Of a stretch of 64,000 nt of DNA, positions 1 to 15,352 are shown in pieces. The notes under the pieces were generated by a model. The model ran no database searches. It saw nothing but the letters and a program-made list of their open reading frames with translations, and was not told the DNA's origin. The position numbers were made by a program, and so were the translations under genes. How positions within the stretch are numbered: position 1 is the first letter of the stretch; each line of letters begins with the position of its first letter. The DNA comes from the human T2T-CHM13v2.0 reference genome, Homo sapiens. Where the stretch lies: assembly GCF_009914755.1 (NCBI RefSeq), contig NC_060937.1; one strand, written 5' to 3'.

Positions 1-45
1 CTTAAACAGATAACTTCAGGTTAGCTGTCATTAAGAGAGGCATGT

Positions 46-318
46 CCAGCACTTCGGGAGGCCGAAGTGGGTGGATCACTTGAGGTCAGGAGTTCAAGAC
101 CAACCTTGCCAACATGGTGAAACCCCATCTCTACTAAAAATACAAAAAATTAGCTGAGTGTGATGGCACGTGCCTGTAATTCCAGCTCCTTGAGAGGCTG
201 AGGCAGGAGAATCACTTGAACTCAGAAGGTGGAGGTTGCAGCGAGCCGAAATCACACCAGTGCACTCCAGCCTGGGCTACGGGAATGAAACTCTGTCAAA
301 AAAAAAAAAAAAAGGAAG
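46..318 (+). mobile_element. Alu (AluS-like), 5'-truncated
   Basis: Alu dimer with A-tail; TSD aagagagKcatg (33-44 / 319-330). Confidence 0.92.
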
Positions 319-643
319 AAGAGAGTCATGAGGGCTAGGATGAAAAAAACTGAAGCCAACTTGAGAACTATGTCTAGGATGAAAAAATTGGGGTGTTTTT
401 CAAAAACTTGAAGTAAAAGGGAAATTGCAAAATAAAATGTGAAGAATTTTTAGTTTGTGCAGCATTCTGAGAAGTAGCATGAAAGAGGCCTAAGGAAAAT
501 AAGAAAGCTGGGTTAGAAACAAGACATGAGAGAGAAAGTGGGCTGAGTTTGCTGTTAGAAGGCTGGAACACAGGCGGAGAGCTAAATGGAAGCTTCTGTT
601 GGCAGGAAAAGCCAAAGGACTTATAACAGAAAAAGTACCATTC

Positions 644-958
<315 letters not shown>

Positions 959-1019
959 CTCTATTTTAAATGTCTTGTGTTTGCTGGGTGTAATATTGGC
1001 TGTGAAGTCAAGTCCAGCT

Positions 1020-1545
1020 GACCTGGAATTGACTTGAGTAGTTTTACTAAAGTACTTGCAGGGCACTCACCCCTGGTCAAGGCATGAAAGATACTAACTC
1101 CTGGTGTTTCTTTTTAACAGTGGGTCTGACAATTTTGTATGAGTCTGTCAGGATTGTTTATTGATAATAGCAAGAAGAATGGTTCAAACCTTGTCTCAGT
1201 GAGACTCTCCCCAGAGTGCTCTGCCACTGGGCTTGGTTAAGAAGTAACAAGAAGATGCCTATGTGACCAGTGGGGTGTGGGAAACAGCTGAGATTACATT
1301 TTGGACTCCTGGGTTCTAAGGTGTTCCATGCACCAGCCAGTGGCTCCTGATCTGAGAGAGAAAGTGTGTCTACGCAGCCCATACAGAGGGAGCACTACCG
1401 GAGTCTGAGGCAGCCCCTGGCCATGAAGTGCAACCTTACTTTAATGCAGTTGCTATAGTGTATTCCTTTCCTGCAATAAACTAAATTTGTGGCCATTGTC
1501 ATTTTGAGTCCTGTGTCTCTTGGGCAATTGAACTCTAATTGCTGC
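1020..1545 (+). mobile_element. Old ERVL-type LTR remnant, family uncertain
   Basis: LTR-like 3' part: aataaac followed by ttgagtcctgtg..gcaattgaac. Confidence 0.35.
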
Positions 1546-1552
1546 CTTTAGT

Positions 1553-1667
1553 GAAGATGGCCAACTCATCCCAGTTTGTCCACTACCTTCCTGATTTTAG
1601 CACTGAAAGTCCCGCATCTCAAGAATACCATCAGTTCTAGGCAAACTGGGACAAGTGGTCATCCTAC
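1553..1667. mobile_element. MER81-like hAT DNA transposon
   Basis: Terminal inverted arms (ccaactcatcccagtttg / caaactgggacaagtggtcatccta) and the core ttttagcactgaaagtcccg. Confidence 0.75.
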
Positions 1668-1793
1668 TGTTAGTGCAAATATAATTCCCCTTCATCTTAC
1701 TTCCCCATTACTTTCAAATATTCGGTAGAAGTCTACTACTATTAATATAATGGTTTTGTGTTGGTGGTGTTTAAGGAAATCTAAGACAAAAAG

Positions 1794-2090
1794 GGCCAGG
1801 CACAGTGACTCTGGCCTGTGATTCCAACACTTTGGGAGGCTGAGGTGTGAGGATCGATTGAGACCAGGGGTTCCAGACCAGCCTGGGCAACATAACAAGA
1901 CCCTATCTCTACAAAAAAAATACAAAAATTAGCCGGGTGTGGTGGCACGCATTTGTAGTGCCAGCTACTCAGGAGGCTGAGGTGGGAGGATCGATCACTT
2001 GAGCCCGGGAGGCTACAGTGAGCTGTGATCACACCATTGCACTCCAGCCTGGGCAACAGATCAAGACCTTGTCTCAGAAAAAGAAAAAAA
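1794..2090 (+). mobile_element. AluJ-like
   Basis: Full Alu with gagcccgggaggctacagtgagc. Confidence 0.92.
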
Positions 2091-3036
2091 GGAGGTGTTC
2101 CCAGTTTAGGTTGAGGGAGAATAGAGAAAAGAAAATAGCTGTAAAAGATGAGATGAAAAAGAAATCAATGATTTGATTAAGGTAGGAAACTGGAGCCAAG
2201 ATGAATAGGAGAAACAGAATATCAAAGAATCCTGAAAATAAGTGCAGAAAGAGGCTGGATTTCCCATGGTATTTTGGCTGTGGGTTCTAACACTTTTTAT
2301 CGAATATCAGAGGAGGAAATGATCTGAGCAGCTGGAGGAGATAGGAACACCCAGGATCACAGCTGGGAGCAGCGAGGATAAGGAAATGCAGCACAGCCCT
2401 TTGTTCCTGCAACACTCTCAGGTCCAAGCATAAAATACACTCATGGCCAAGGCCACAGATGTGCGGGCCTCCAGTGAGCAGAAGAAGTTGCTGTATGAGG
2501 GGCTCTCCCCTTGGGAGGAATCGCAGACGCTGGGCATCACACTGACCCTGCTGCATGTGTCCAGGACAGGTTCAGAAGGGCAGGACCAGGAAAACTGGCA
2601 TCTGGGGTGGCTTCACTGTCTGGTTTCATGTGGGGATTATATTCCAGTTGTTTGTCTTTAATGAGAAACATCACAAATCTTTGAATATAAATGACATGTA
2701 CAAAAGGGGAAAGACTAATTTTTCTAAGAAGATTTGGGTATAGTTTTACTTAAAGGCAAACAAACAAACAAAAATAGGGATTGAGTTGACTTTTCAAGGT
2801 CCTTTCTGGGTCTAAGTTTCTGATGCTATTCTAGAGACATAAACTGGTTGGGGTGTGATTCGTCTTATTTTCAATTTGAAAATCCAGTAAATGGTGCTGT
2901 CCATGATGGACAAATTATAAACACTCAAATAACTGGAAACTCCTTAATGCTGATCTTTTATTCAATATGTTTTGACTAAAATAATCAGCTATTTTTCAAA
3001 AGTGATTTGCAGAAATAGAAAATGGACTGACAATTA

Positions 3037-3358
<322 letters not shown>

Positions 3359-6300
3359 TGGACTGACAATTAAACAAAGCTGCTATTAATATGAAAATAA
3401 CATAAGTCAAGATGGTGAACATGATAGTTGAGCATTTCTTAGAATGACCACTACTTAAAATACCATTTGACACGATGTCATGCAATGTACGGTGGGTGGA
3501 GAGCAAATACTCCACTCCCAAAAACAATTTTTTTTTCCATTAAAAATAACTCATCTGGGTACACTGCACTGTTTCTTGGCTGTTCTTTAGATCAACTTGT
3601 GACAATTTACACTGAGGTCCTAGAATGGAAGCATCATTTATGCCTCTCAGAATAGTTTTCAATAGCAGAAAATATTACAGTCTACAGATGTTTTGGTGGC
3701 TGGCAAAAGTTTCAACTTGAACTTCAAAAGGGAATTGCAGGTCAGAACAAACACCTAATATTGAAATGCCCATTCTCAAGCATCTTAGCAATGTGGCAAA
3801 TCATATTTAACATGTAGGAAATATGAACAGTAGAAAACATTGCTTGAATTTTCATCATCCCAAGATAATCATTGTTAACATTTCAGGACATAGGATTCTG
3901 GTCTTGTCTGATGTACATAGGTACCACACACAAGAAACAGAATCATACAACACATGCTATTTTGAAGCCCGTTTTCTTCTCCCATTTTATAAAATCTGAA
4001 CATTTTCTCACGCTGATAAATCCTTTTATAGCAAGATTTTAAATGGCTTTTGGATATTTAAAAAGATGTATATAACATAAAATATTTAACCAGTGACCTA
4101 CTATAGGACATTTAGATCTTTCTCCAATTTTTGCTTCTTTACAGTATTTTCAACTGAACCTTCTTGTACTTAGATCTTTACCTGCAATTTTGATTATATG
4201 CTTAAAGTAAACTTCTAAAATCAAACTGTGTTCGGGTAAAAGGGAGGCACATTATGAAACTTTTGGCACACTTTGACATTTTGCCCAACAGAGAATGAGA
4301 GGGTTTAGTTTACCATACTCTCATAAATGCTGGCTTTATTTGTCAAGCATTTCCAGTAAGGCAAAATGTGGTGGCTCACTGTGTTTTTCACTAATTTTAC
4401 TACTGATTACAAGTGAAGTTAATTTTCTAATTTTTAAAGGTCACTTGTATTCCCCTGTATCTGTAAATTGTTTATTCTCTTTGCCTTCTTTTAAAAAATC
4501 TACTGAGGTATTGCTTTTTCTAATTATTCATCATAGCTATCATAAATCCTTTACCCAACTTTTAACTTGTATTTTAACTTAATCTGTGGTCTCCCAGAAA
4601 TTTGTTTTTATTTTGAATAAATAGGAAACAGAACCCAGTCAAAAAAGAAAACTAAATCAGTCAAATAATGTGTAGGAAAAATCTGCACAAAATCAGCTTC
4701 TAGATTATCTTTGAGCCAAATGACTTTGTGCAATTCCATCACAGTGAGAACTGGATCTCACCCTAACAGGTGGCTATAAATTCCTGAAAATAAGAAAGGA
4801 AAAAAGGAAATGTGGTAAGGAGTATAAAAAGTCTGATTTATGGATTTATCTTGTTCAGAATCAAGTTCAGGAACTAGCTTAGCATTTCAAAAAGAATTGA
4901 ATTTTGGCTCATTCTTCAAATGAGTTAGATTCACAAGTGAAATAAAATATTCACAATGTTAAAGTTATTTTAAATGTTGGCTTTTAAGATCTTTGTTACA
5001 ATTTGCTTTCTCCTGCAAATATCCTCATATATGGGTCCAGAATATGGATACAAACATACACCTTGATTTGTGGTGACTATAAATACATTTATTGTAATTT
5101 TGCTGTGAGACTACTGAAGATTTTCCTAAACGATCAGCATTTTGCTGAACCTAACTGGCATTGAAATTTTAGCATTAAAACCAACCAAAGGAACAAACTC
5201 TCTCTTTCCTAGGATAGGGTGAAAAGGAGGTAAAATTTCTTTAGTCTTACTCATCAGTTTCATTTCTTTCCTTTCCTTTAGTCTCTTTTCAAAACCAGTA
5301 CCTCTGATGAGCTAAAATTTATTTTCCTTGGTAAGTACAAATATTATTATAATCATGGGTCCTTCCTTCCTCCTTAAAAATTTCTCCTAGAAATTTTTAT
5401 AGCATCAGCTGTTACCTTCAGGCCTATCATCCCTTTCAAATTGATTTTTCATATGGTGTGAGGTAGAGGTTGAAGTTAAATTTTAAAAACATATATGTAT
5501 TATTCCAGCATGGTTATTCAGTTATTTCAGCATGGTTTGTTGAAAAAAGATGATCATGTCTTGAATTAAGTTACCTCTGATGTTTTGTAAAATATCAATT
5601 GACCATATACATGTATGCTTTCTATTCCATTCCATTAATATACATGTCTTACCATACACACTATCTTGAGTACTATACCTGGCCTTATAATAAATCTTAG
5701 AATTAGAGAATATATGTTCTCCAAATTTAACCTTTTTCCCCCCGAATTATTTTGGCTATTCTTGGTCTTTGATATCTCAATAAGTTTTAGATCCACCCAT
5801 CAACTTCTACCAAAAAAAAAAAAAAGCCTGCTAAGGTATTGTTTAGAATTACTTTGAATCTGAAGATAAATTTGGAAAGAACTGGTATCCTATCAATTTT
5901 TAGTCAGAATTACCCAATTCATGAATATGACATGTATCTTCATTTATTTAGATCATCCTTAATGTCTCTCAGCAATGTTTTGAAATGTTCAGTGTTCGTT
6001 AATATTTTGTTAAATTTATCACTAAGTATAAATCCTATTATAAATGGTATTGTTATTTATTATTTTAATTAAGACTGTGTTGATTAGGATTGTGGAGAAC
6101 TGACATCTTAACAATAATGAGTCTTCCAATCCATGGTATATCTCTCCATTTATTAAGTCTTCCTAATTCTTTTGAACAATGTTTATAATTTTTTAGTTCA
6201 CATATCTTGCAGATACATATATATTTTAGACTTACTCTTACTTCCTATCTTTTTGTACTATTGCAAATGTTATCTTAAATTTCATTTTCCAATAATTGCT

Positions 6301-7029
6301 AGGACGTAGAAATGCAAACGTTTTTGCATTTGATTTTTTATATGGATCTCATAGCTTCAGATTTTCTGAATTCACTTAATAATTCTAGTAGGTTTTTAAA
6401 AATGTAACAGCTTTAATGAGATGTAATTCACATATCACAAAATTTACCCTTCTAAAGTATACATTTCAAAGCATTTTAATTGGTTAGAACTGTGTAACTA
6501 TCACCACTCTCTAAATTTAGGACATTTTCATCATCTTTAAAAGAAACACTAAATCTGTTAGCAGTGTCACCTCATCACTCCCCAACCCTTCCCCCTCCAG
6601 TCTCCAGCAACCACAAATCTACCTTATGTCTCTGTGGATTTGCCTATTCCAGATATTTCATTTAAGTGGAATCATAAAAGATGTGGCTTTTTCTGTCTGG
6701 CTTCTTTCACTTACCCTGACATTTTCAAAGTTAATCCATGTTGTGGCATATATCAATATTGCATTCTTTTTTTGGTCTAGTAGCTTTTTGTAAGACACTT
6801 TAGGAGTTTATCAATAAACTAAAATTATCTGAAAATAAAAAGTTTTATTTCCTCTTCAATCTGTATTTTTTTTCCTCTTATGGCACTTGCTAGAACGTTC
6901 AAAACAATGTTGGTTAGAAGTTGTGAGAGCAGACATTTTTGTTTTGTTGCTGATCTTAAGGAAAAAAAATTCTGTTTTTCCCTATTTAACGTTAGCTGTG
7001 GGATTTTTATAGATGCCCTTAATTAGTTT

Positions 7030-7305
7030 TTTATTTTTTTGAGACAGAGTCTCACTCTTTCGCCCAGGCTAGAGTGCAGTGGTGCAAGCTCCACCTCCCA
7101 GGTTCAAGTGATTCTCCTGCCACAGCCTCCCGAGTAGCTGGGGCTACAGGTGCATGCCACCACACCTGGCTGATTTTTTGTATTTTTAGTAGAGACGGGG
7201 TTTCACCATGTTAGCCAGGATGGTCTCCACCTCCTGACCTTGTGATCTGCCTGCCTCGGCCTCCCAAAGTGCTGGGATTACAGGTGTGAGCCACTGCTCC
7301 CAGCC
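7030..7305 (-). mobile_element. Alu (Sc/Y-like) with a small internal deletion
   Basis: 17-bp TSD atgcccttaattagttt on both sides. Confidence 0.93.
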
Positions 7306-9289
7306 AATGCCCTTAATTAGTTTGAGAAGTTTCTTTCTTTTGCCTGTTTGCTGAGAGTTTTTGCCATTAATAGTTGTTGAATTTTGTCAAATGCCTTTTC
7401 TGCATTTGTAGAGATGATTATACAGTTTTTCTCCTTCACTCTGTTAAAATGGTCAATTACATTGATAAATTTTCAAATGCTAAACCAATTTTCCTTCCTG
7501 GATTGAATTACAATTGGTTATTATGTGTTATCCCTTTTATATATTTTTGAATTCAATATGTAAATATTTTATTAAGAATGTTTGTATTTATGATCATGAA
7601 GAATATTAGTATATAGTTTTATTTTCTTGCAATGTCTTTGTGTGATTTTGGTATCAGGTAAACACTATCCTCATAAAATAAGTTGGGAGGTGTTCCTTTC
7701 TATTTTTTGGAAGGATTTGTATCGAACTGATATTGTTTCTCTCTAAAATATTTGAACTATTCATCAACAAAACTATTTGGATCTGGAGTTTTCTTTAAGG
7801 GAAGTTTTCAAACTAAAAATTCATTTTCTTTAATAGATAAAAGACTATTTGGATTTTTAATTTTTTTATGTGTGAGTTTTGGTAATGTTTCACTCGCAGA
7901 ATTTGTCCTTTTCATCCAGGTTTCAAATTTACCAGAATAATATTGTTCATAATATTCCTTTATTATCATTGTAAAGTTTGTAATATCTCTGTGGATGACC
8001 CCCTTTTTATTCCTGATATTGATCATTAGTGTCTTATCTCTTTTCTTGATTAATCAATCTAGTTGAGGCTTATCAATTTAATTGATGCTTTCAAGGATCA
8101 CTTTTTTAGTTTCTTTTATTTTTTTCAATTGGTTTCCCATTTTTATTTAATTAAATTAAATGTTCCATTTTTTATTTAAATTTAAATTTAAATTTAATTT
8201 GTTCTTCTTCTTCTTCTAGAAAACTTAGTTCATTGTTTTGGGTTTTTCTCCTTTTCTAATATAACATTTAAAGCTATACGTTTCCTTCTAAGCACTACCT
8301 TGCAGCATCCTACAAAATTTTGATATGTTATCTTTTTACTACCATTCAGTTAAGAATATTAAGTATTTTTTCTCTTTATTTTTTATTTAAGTCATAAGTT
8401 CGTTATATTTGTGTTTTTTAAGTTCCAAATATCTAGGGGTTTTTGAGCCAGCTTGTTACCTTTAAACTGTAGTTGTTCATTTAATTTTATTATGGTCAGA
8501 GAATATAGTCTATATGATTTCAAGCTTTTAAATTTATCAAACCTATATTTTACATTGATGAATGCTCCATATGGACTTGAAAAAAATGTGTATCCTGTTG
8601 TTGGTGTGAGTAATGCATTATAAATATTAATTCAATTAACTTAGTCAATAGTATTGTTGTTCAAATCCTCTATGCACTTACTGATTTTCTACTTGTTCTA
8701 TCAATTACTAAGAGAGGAATTTTGAAGCTTCCAACTATAATTGTGAATTTGTCTGTTTCTCCTTTAAGTTCTATAATTTTTTTACTTTATGTGTTTTGAA
8801 GGCTTGTAATTGTGTGCATATACTCTTAGGATTGTTATATATTATTGATTAAAATGGTCCTTTTATCATTATAAAATGTACCTTGTTATCTCTAGTAATA
8901 TTAGTTGACCTGAACTCTACTTTTTCTGATATTAATATAGGCAACCCACCTTTAGTGTTTTCATAAATTATCTGCTTTTCCATCCTTTTAAAATTAACTA
9001 CATATTTAAATATTTTTAATGTGGTAAAAATCACATGGAATTAAATTTACCATTTAGCCATATTTAAGTGTACATTTCAGTACTGTTAAGTATATTTACT
9101 TGGTTGTGCAATAGATTGCTAAAACTTTTAAATCTTATGTATTTATATTTAAAGTTTATTTCTTGTCACTACCACATACTTGCATCTTGCTTTTTTTCAG
9201 TCTGTCTCTGACTTTTGAGTATTTAAGACATTTACATTTAGTGTACTTATCAGTATAGCTGGGTTTAAATCTACCAGGTTTCTATTTAT

Positions 9290-9586
9290 GTATTTATATT
9301 TTGAGACAGAGCCTCTCTCTGTGTCACCCATGCTGCAGTGCAGTGGTGAGATTTTGGCTCCCTGCAACCTCTGCCTCCCAGGTTCAAGTGATTCTCTTGC
9401 CTCAGCCTCCCGCGTAGCTGAGATTATAGGTGTGCTTCACGATGCTCAGCTAGTTTTTGTATTTTTAGTAGACACAGTGTTTCACCATATTGGCCAGGCT
9501 GGTCTTGAACTCCTGGCATCAATTGATTAGCCAGCCTCAGCTTCCCAAAGTGCTGGGATTACAGGCATGAGCCACTGTGCCTGGAC
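9290..9586 (-). mobile_element. Alu (AluS-like)
   Basis: Antisense Alu dimer. Confidence 0.92.
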
Positions 9587-11126
9587 AACTTTCTATTTAT
9601 TTTTAATTTGTTCATTTTCTGTCTTTTTCTCTTTTCCTGCCTTCTTTTTAATTATTTTGTGGTATTGTGTTTTGTCTCATCTACAGGTTTATTAGGCAGA
9701 AAGGTTTTATTGGTTGATCTAAGATTTACAGTGTATATCTTTAATTTATAACAGCTTACTTTTAAATAATATACCATATAATGTAAAGTGTAAAGACTGT
9801 ATGATGGTATACTTTCATTTTCTCCCTCCCTTCCTTCATGCTATTGTTAATATATATTTTCACTTCCAGATGTTATAAACTTCACAACACATTTTTGTTT
9901 TGCTTTAAATATAAATAAGATATTTATTCAAATGAGAACATAAGATTATTTTATATTTGTACTAGAATTACTATTTCTGGAGCTCTTTATTCCTTTGTGT
10001 AGATCAGATTATCCATCTCTTATGCTCCTTCTGCCTCAACAATTTCCTTTACCATTTCTTTTAGTTCAGATTCATTAATGATAAAATCTCTATGTTCATC
10101 TGAAAATATCTTTTCTTTCCCCTTCATTCTGGAGAACATTTTTACTAGCTACACAATTTAGGATGACCATTATTTTTCTTTCAGCAAATTGTCTTTTGGC
10201 TTTTCTGAGAAGTCAAAGTCGTCCTCTATTTGGTTTCCCTTTGATAACTTTATAACATGTTTTTCACTTTTAGCTGATTTCAATATTTTTGTTTTTATTC
10301 TTGAAATTCAGCCAATTGATTATGTTGTATTTTGAGGGTGTGTGTGCTTTTTGTGTGTGTGCGTGCACACCTGTGTATGTGTGTGTGTGTGTGTTTAGCC
10401 TGCTTTCAGTTGGTTGTGCTTCTTGGATCTTGATGTTTGGAAAATGTGCTGCCTTTATTTATTCAACCACTTTTTCCGTTCCTTTCTCTATTTACAACTC
10501 CAAAGCAACTTATAATGCATGTAAGACTGCTTGATATTGTCTCATAGGTAACTGAGGCTGTCTTCATTTTTTTGTTCAACCTTCTTTCTCTTTGTGCTTC
10601 AGTTTGGATAGTTTCCATTACTATGTCTTCTTTTTATTTTTCATTCTGCAGTGTCTAATTTAATCTACTGCTAAGCTTATTCAGTGAAGTGTTCAACTTA
10701 TGTATTGTACGATTAAGATCCAGAAGTTTTATTTGGTTCTTTTACTATGGTTTCTATTTCTCTCCCTATCATACTATCCTTAAGACCTTAAACGTTTTCA
10801 ATAGCTGTTTTAAAGTTCTCACGTGCTAATTCCATCATCCCTGTCATTTCTCGGTCTGTTTCCATTGACTTACTTTTATCCTGATTATGGATCATAGTTT
10901 CCTGTTCTGAACAGCATTTTGGACTGGATGTTGGACATTGTGATTGTTACATTCTTAAGTGTCTCGATTTTGTTTTCCATTACTTTTTGTTTTGTTTTGT
11001 TTTTTTTGCAGGCAGTTATATTAGTTATGGAGCCTCTTGATGCTTTAGAGGCTTGTTTTTTTAAGATTTAAGGTAAGCTTTGTTAAAATAAGATTAAAAG
11101 TCTGGAATAGTTCTTGCTTTAGTGCT

Positions 11127-11359
<233 letters not shown>

Positions 11360-12271
11360 TCAAGGTTAATCATGTTGGAGCATGTATCAGTACTTCCGTC
11401 CTTTTTATGGCTGACTAATATTCCATTGTGTGGATATACAACATATTGATAATCCATTCATGGACAACTTTTTGAAAATTTAATTGGGTTTTACTTCCAA
11501 TATTTTCCTTTTTGCCGTATCTTCTTTCAAACTGGTATCAGGATTTTTGGTTCATTTCCTCAGAGGTGTCATTTTTGGCAAGACAGAAAATAGAAGTAGC
11601 CTTCAAGATTTCTGGTCTTTGTTTCTAAGAATCCACTAAATAGAATAGGGTCTGAAAAACGGGGTTTGTCCCTGGACTAGAGGAGAGAGTTGAAAGGCAT
11701 CTCTTTGTTCCTGGGAAAAGTCCCAGGAAGATAATGTGCTCCAGGAGTGGCATATGGGGGTTTTCCTGGGGATTGGAGACATGGGTATGGGGGTTTCCAA
11801 CCTCCCCAAAGGTTCCAGCTCCCCACACCTGGCACAGAAGCCTCGTCGAGCTGCCAGACCAAAAAGACCATGTGTCTTGCTGGTGACTGTGTGGGCAGAT
11901 GACAGAAGAATGAAGTGTTCCAATGCTTTGCACTGTGTAAGACCCTGGAAAGTTGGTACTTCTTGAGGCAGAGCCACAAGAATGATTGAGGTCAAATTTC
12001 CTACTAGTCTTGTTGGATGGGAAAATCAGAATGGAAATTAAACTGACTTATAGAAAATAATGAGATATATTCATTCTTGTACACCTGACTTTAAGGCCTG
12101 AGATGATACTATGTGAATTCATTGAAATCAATAATATGGTAGGAATTTCATACAAACAAAAGGTGATTCAAAGTGACAGAACATCCTGCTTAGAAGAATG
12201 TTTTCTATGCTGCCTTTTGCCTTTAATTTGTGAGTTTTCTTCATGACCTCTTTCCTATTAGGCAAGATAGC

Positions 12272-12277
12272 TTTATT
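12272..12277 (-). terminator. Candidate polyadenylation signal of the flippase pseudogene
   Basis: AATAAA on the minus strand about 300 nt past the stop codon; use is unproven. Confidence 0.3.
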
Positions 12278-12580
12278 ATGCAACATGACATCTTTTATCA
12301 TGCTTCGCAAAACAACTTGTACCAAAGTTTAAATTTTGGTGAAACATAATGATCTTAATTTTATACTTTAGGCTGAGCTGATGAACAAATCATTTTACAG
12401 ACAAAGAAAAAGAAATACATTTGGTAAAACATTGAAGACAAATTAAAAAAAAGCAAATCGGGGTCCCCCGTTATTTATACCCAAGAATCTTGAATGTTTG
12501 GGAGTGCCAGTGCATTCTACCAGTCTCAGTGAAGAGCATGAGTACACACTACAGTAATCAGAATCTTAGTCTTAGGTGAA

Positions 12581-12687
12581 TTAGGAAAAGCAACTCTTCT
12601 TGCATTTATTTTCAGTAGTGTTGTAAGAACAAACTAGTTCTTCCTGCGTAGCCACACATGCTACTGTTTGAGAAAATGCATACCCAC
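12581..12687 (-). pseudogene. ATP8A-like terminal coding exon with the GYAFS regulatory motif
   Basis: ctttgctcttccag|GT GYAFSQTVACVATQEELVCSYNTTENKCKKSCFS*, similar to ATP8A2 [25 protein letters not shown]. Confidence 0.92.
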
Positions 12688-13982
12688 CTGGAAGAGCAAA
12701 GTACAGGGAAATATGTTAGGAGCACTAACACCCAGTGAACATTCTGGTGACAGAGATGGAGACTCCAGCTGGACTGAATATGTTGGATACATCAGCTAGG
12801 AAAGCAACTTGGGCAGGGAAAATGGCAGATATGATGAGGGTGTGGTAATGGAGTGGTCTGCAAACCCAGCCATATTAGAACTACTTAGGGATACAATTAA
12901 ATATATCCATCTCTGGGTCCACAGTTGCTTTGTGGGGAGCTGGATGTCAGTGTGTGCTTTTAAAAGCTCTCCCAAGGATCCTAAGGTACATGATGTCCTA
13001 CATAGAAAACTGCTATCCTACAGATGTAGCCTGGCCAGGGCTATGTCAATCTTGCTGTTTTGACCAACTTGGGTGCTTGCTGAGACTGTGAGGGGGCAAC
13101 TGCTCCTGTCTGTGTGGCCGAGCAGTGGCCCCATGGGCCCCTGGCTTCCTTTCCTCATTAGCATTGGAGAGGAGCAGCTCTGGAGATGTCTTGAAACTAA
13201 CACTTGTAATTGGAACCCAGAAAAGTAATTTACAAAGCTGAAAATTTGCTGGGGGATGACACACAATATTAAATTTGGTAAAGAATCCATCATGCTGGAA
13301 ACATTCCTGTCTTAAAACCTGAATGATTTAAATAGGTTTTCAAAGTGGTTTATGCACGTTTAAATAAATAATAAGATTCCCAGAGGCATCAATTCATTGA
13401 TAAGCACAGTGCTCTCTGGAGGAGCAATCTTATAATCATTTCTGAAAGTAGTTCAGGCACTCAGTGTAACTCACTACAGAGAGCTAGCAAGTGTTCCTGT
13501 CCTCTAACTCTTGATCTTGATAAGTTGAACAATAGAGTGGCCACCCTTTAATAATACATTCTCATTAAAACACAACACATCAAGCTAGACAAACACTATT
13601 TCCACCCACATGTATCTAAGGTTTATAGCTTGGCTCATTAATGACAATGGATTTACTAGTAAGCAGTTAATGAATGCTCTTTGAAAGAAGAAAAATAAAT
13701 TATACGTGGAACTTGTATCCACATGTTATCTACCAAATTATTAATTAAATGAAATGCTTTTGTGTGGAAGGAAGGCTGAGTGGTCCTCAACCTTCTCTGT
13801 ACATTAGAATCCCCTGAGGATTTAGAAAAACTCGGAGTAACCTGCCCAAGCAACTCCTCACCTCTGAGTGAGCACCAGGAATTCACCTGGTGATGGCCGG
13901 GCCCCAGCTCGAGTTTCTGAGTTAGTGAGTTGGAGGGTGGCCCAACAACGGGCATTTCTAACAACTTCCCAGGTGATGCATC

Positions 13983-14594
13983 TGTCAGAGCTGTTCGAAC
14001 CAGAGCGACTCCATCTTGAATAGGGGCTGGGAAAATAGGGCTGAGACCTACTGGGCTGCATTCCCAGGAGGTTAGGCATTCTAAGTGACGGGATGAGATA
14101 GAAGGTTGGTGCAGGACACAGGTCATAAAGACCTTGCTGACAAAACAGGTTGCAGTAAAGAAGCCGCTAAAACCCACCAAAACCAAGATGTCAACGAAAG
14201 TGGTCTCTGGTTGTTCTCACTGCTCATTATACGCTAATCATAATGCACTAGCATGCTACAAGACACTCCCACCAGCACCAGGACAGTTTATAGATGCCAT
14301 GGCAACGTTAGGAAGTCGCCCTATGTGATCTAAAAGGGGAGGAACCCTCAGTTCCAGGAATTGCCCACCCCTTTCCAAGAAAACTCATGAATAATCCACC
14401 CCTTGTTTAGCATATAAACAAGAAATAACTATAAGTATCCTTAGTTGAGTAGCCCAAGCTGCTGCTCTGCCTATGGAGTAGTCATTCTTTATTCCTTACT
14501 TGCTTTCACTTTATGAATTCGTCTCTAATTCCTTCTTGCACGAGAGCCAAGAACCCTCTCTTGGGGCCTGGATTGGGACCCCTTTCAGGTAACA
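13983..14594 (+). mobile_element. MER41B solo LTR (ERV1)
   Basis: TGTCAGAG..GAACCAGAGCGACTCCATCTTGAATAGGGGCTGGG start and ..GGTAACA end; 4-bp TSD catc/catt. Confidence 0.9.
14352..14381. promoter_or_regulatory. Tandem GAS (STAT1) motifs inside MER41B
   Basis: TTCCAGGAA (14352-14360) and TTCCAAGAA (14373-14381) both fit TTCnnnGAA. Confidence 0.6.
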
Positions 14595-15047
14595 CATTTG
14601 CTGCTGCCTAGGACTGTGCATGGAGAGCCACTGTTTTAGGTCACGGTCATCACAGTCTCTGGATGGACGCTGGTATGAGTATTTCCCAACCCTTTGGGAT
14701 TTCCTCCCTTCCCTCTTCCTTCTCTTTCTCCTTCCTTCCCACTTCAGGAACATTTCACTTAGAATCTCAAGGTGGAAATTTAGAGTTTTATAAAAGCACT
14801 CAGGTGTTTCTTGGAATAGCCATGGATGAATGACCAATGGTTCGGAGGCAGCACGAAGGAGGAGGAGGGAATGCCCTTGGGGAGAGGGGATTTCCTGGGG
14901 GAGAGAGGATGGCACACTTCCTGGGTGTGGCGGGAAACCCATGAGGAAGGTGCCCTGAGCTCCCTGTGTAAGGAGGGGCCCACGCTAAGTCAGCTATGCA
15001 AACAATCACAGTGGGAAAAGGCCTCTCCCTATATTTAATTTAGCTAA

Positions 15048-15352
<305 letters not shown>

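Larger units (their letters stand above)
5410..11080 (-). mobile_element. Ancient fragmented L1 (L1M-type) with nested elements
   Basis: T-rich antisense L1; ORF-track peptides such as INIRNKKGVIHRD..IIKEYYEQ and ILISEKVEFR..ITRD resemble ORF2. Confidence 0.85.
13775..14640. mobile_element. MER5-like DNA transposon interrupted by MER41B
   Basis: cagtggt-like ends; gcatttctaacaacttcccaggtgatgc resumes as tgctgctg..agccactg after the LTR. Confidence 0.65.

Noticed and set aside
2287-2743. Overlapping ORFs in GC-richer unique sequence
   Set aside because: No recognisable homology or convincing exon structure.
11625-11995. Four overlapping 76-119 aa ORFs
   Set aside because: No family similarity recognised, and stop-poor composition explains them. 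A database search would settle it.
12128-12325. 65-aa minus-strand ORF beyond the GYAFS exon
   Set aside because: It lies in the presumed 3'UTR, starts at a non-ATG codon and shows no homology.
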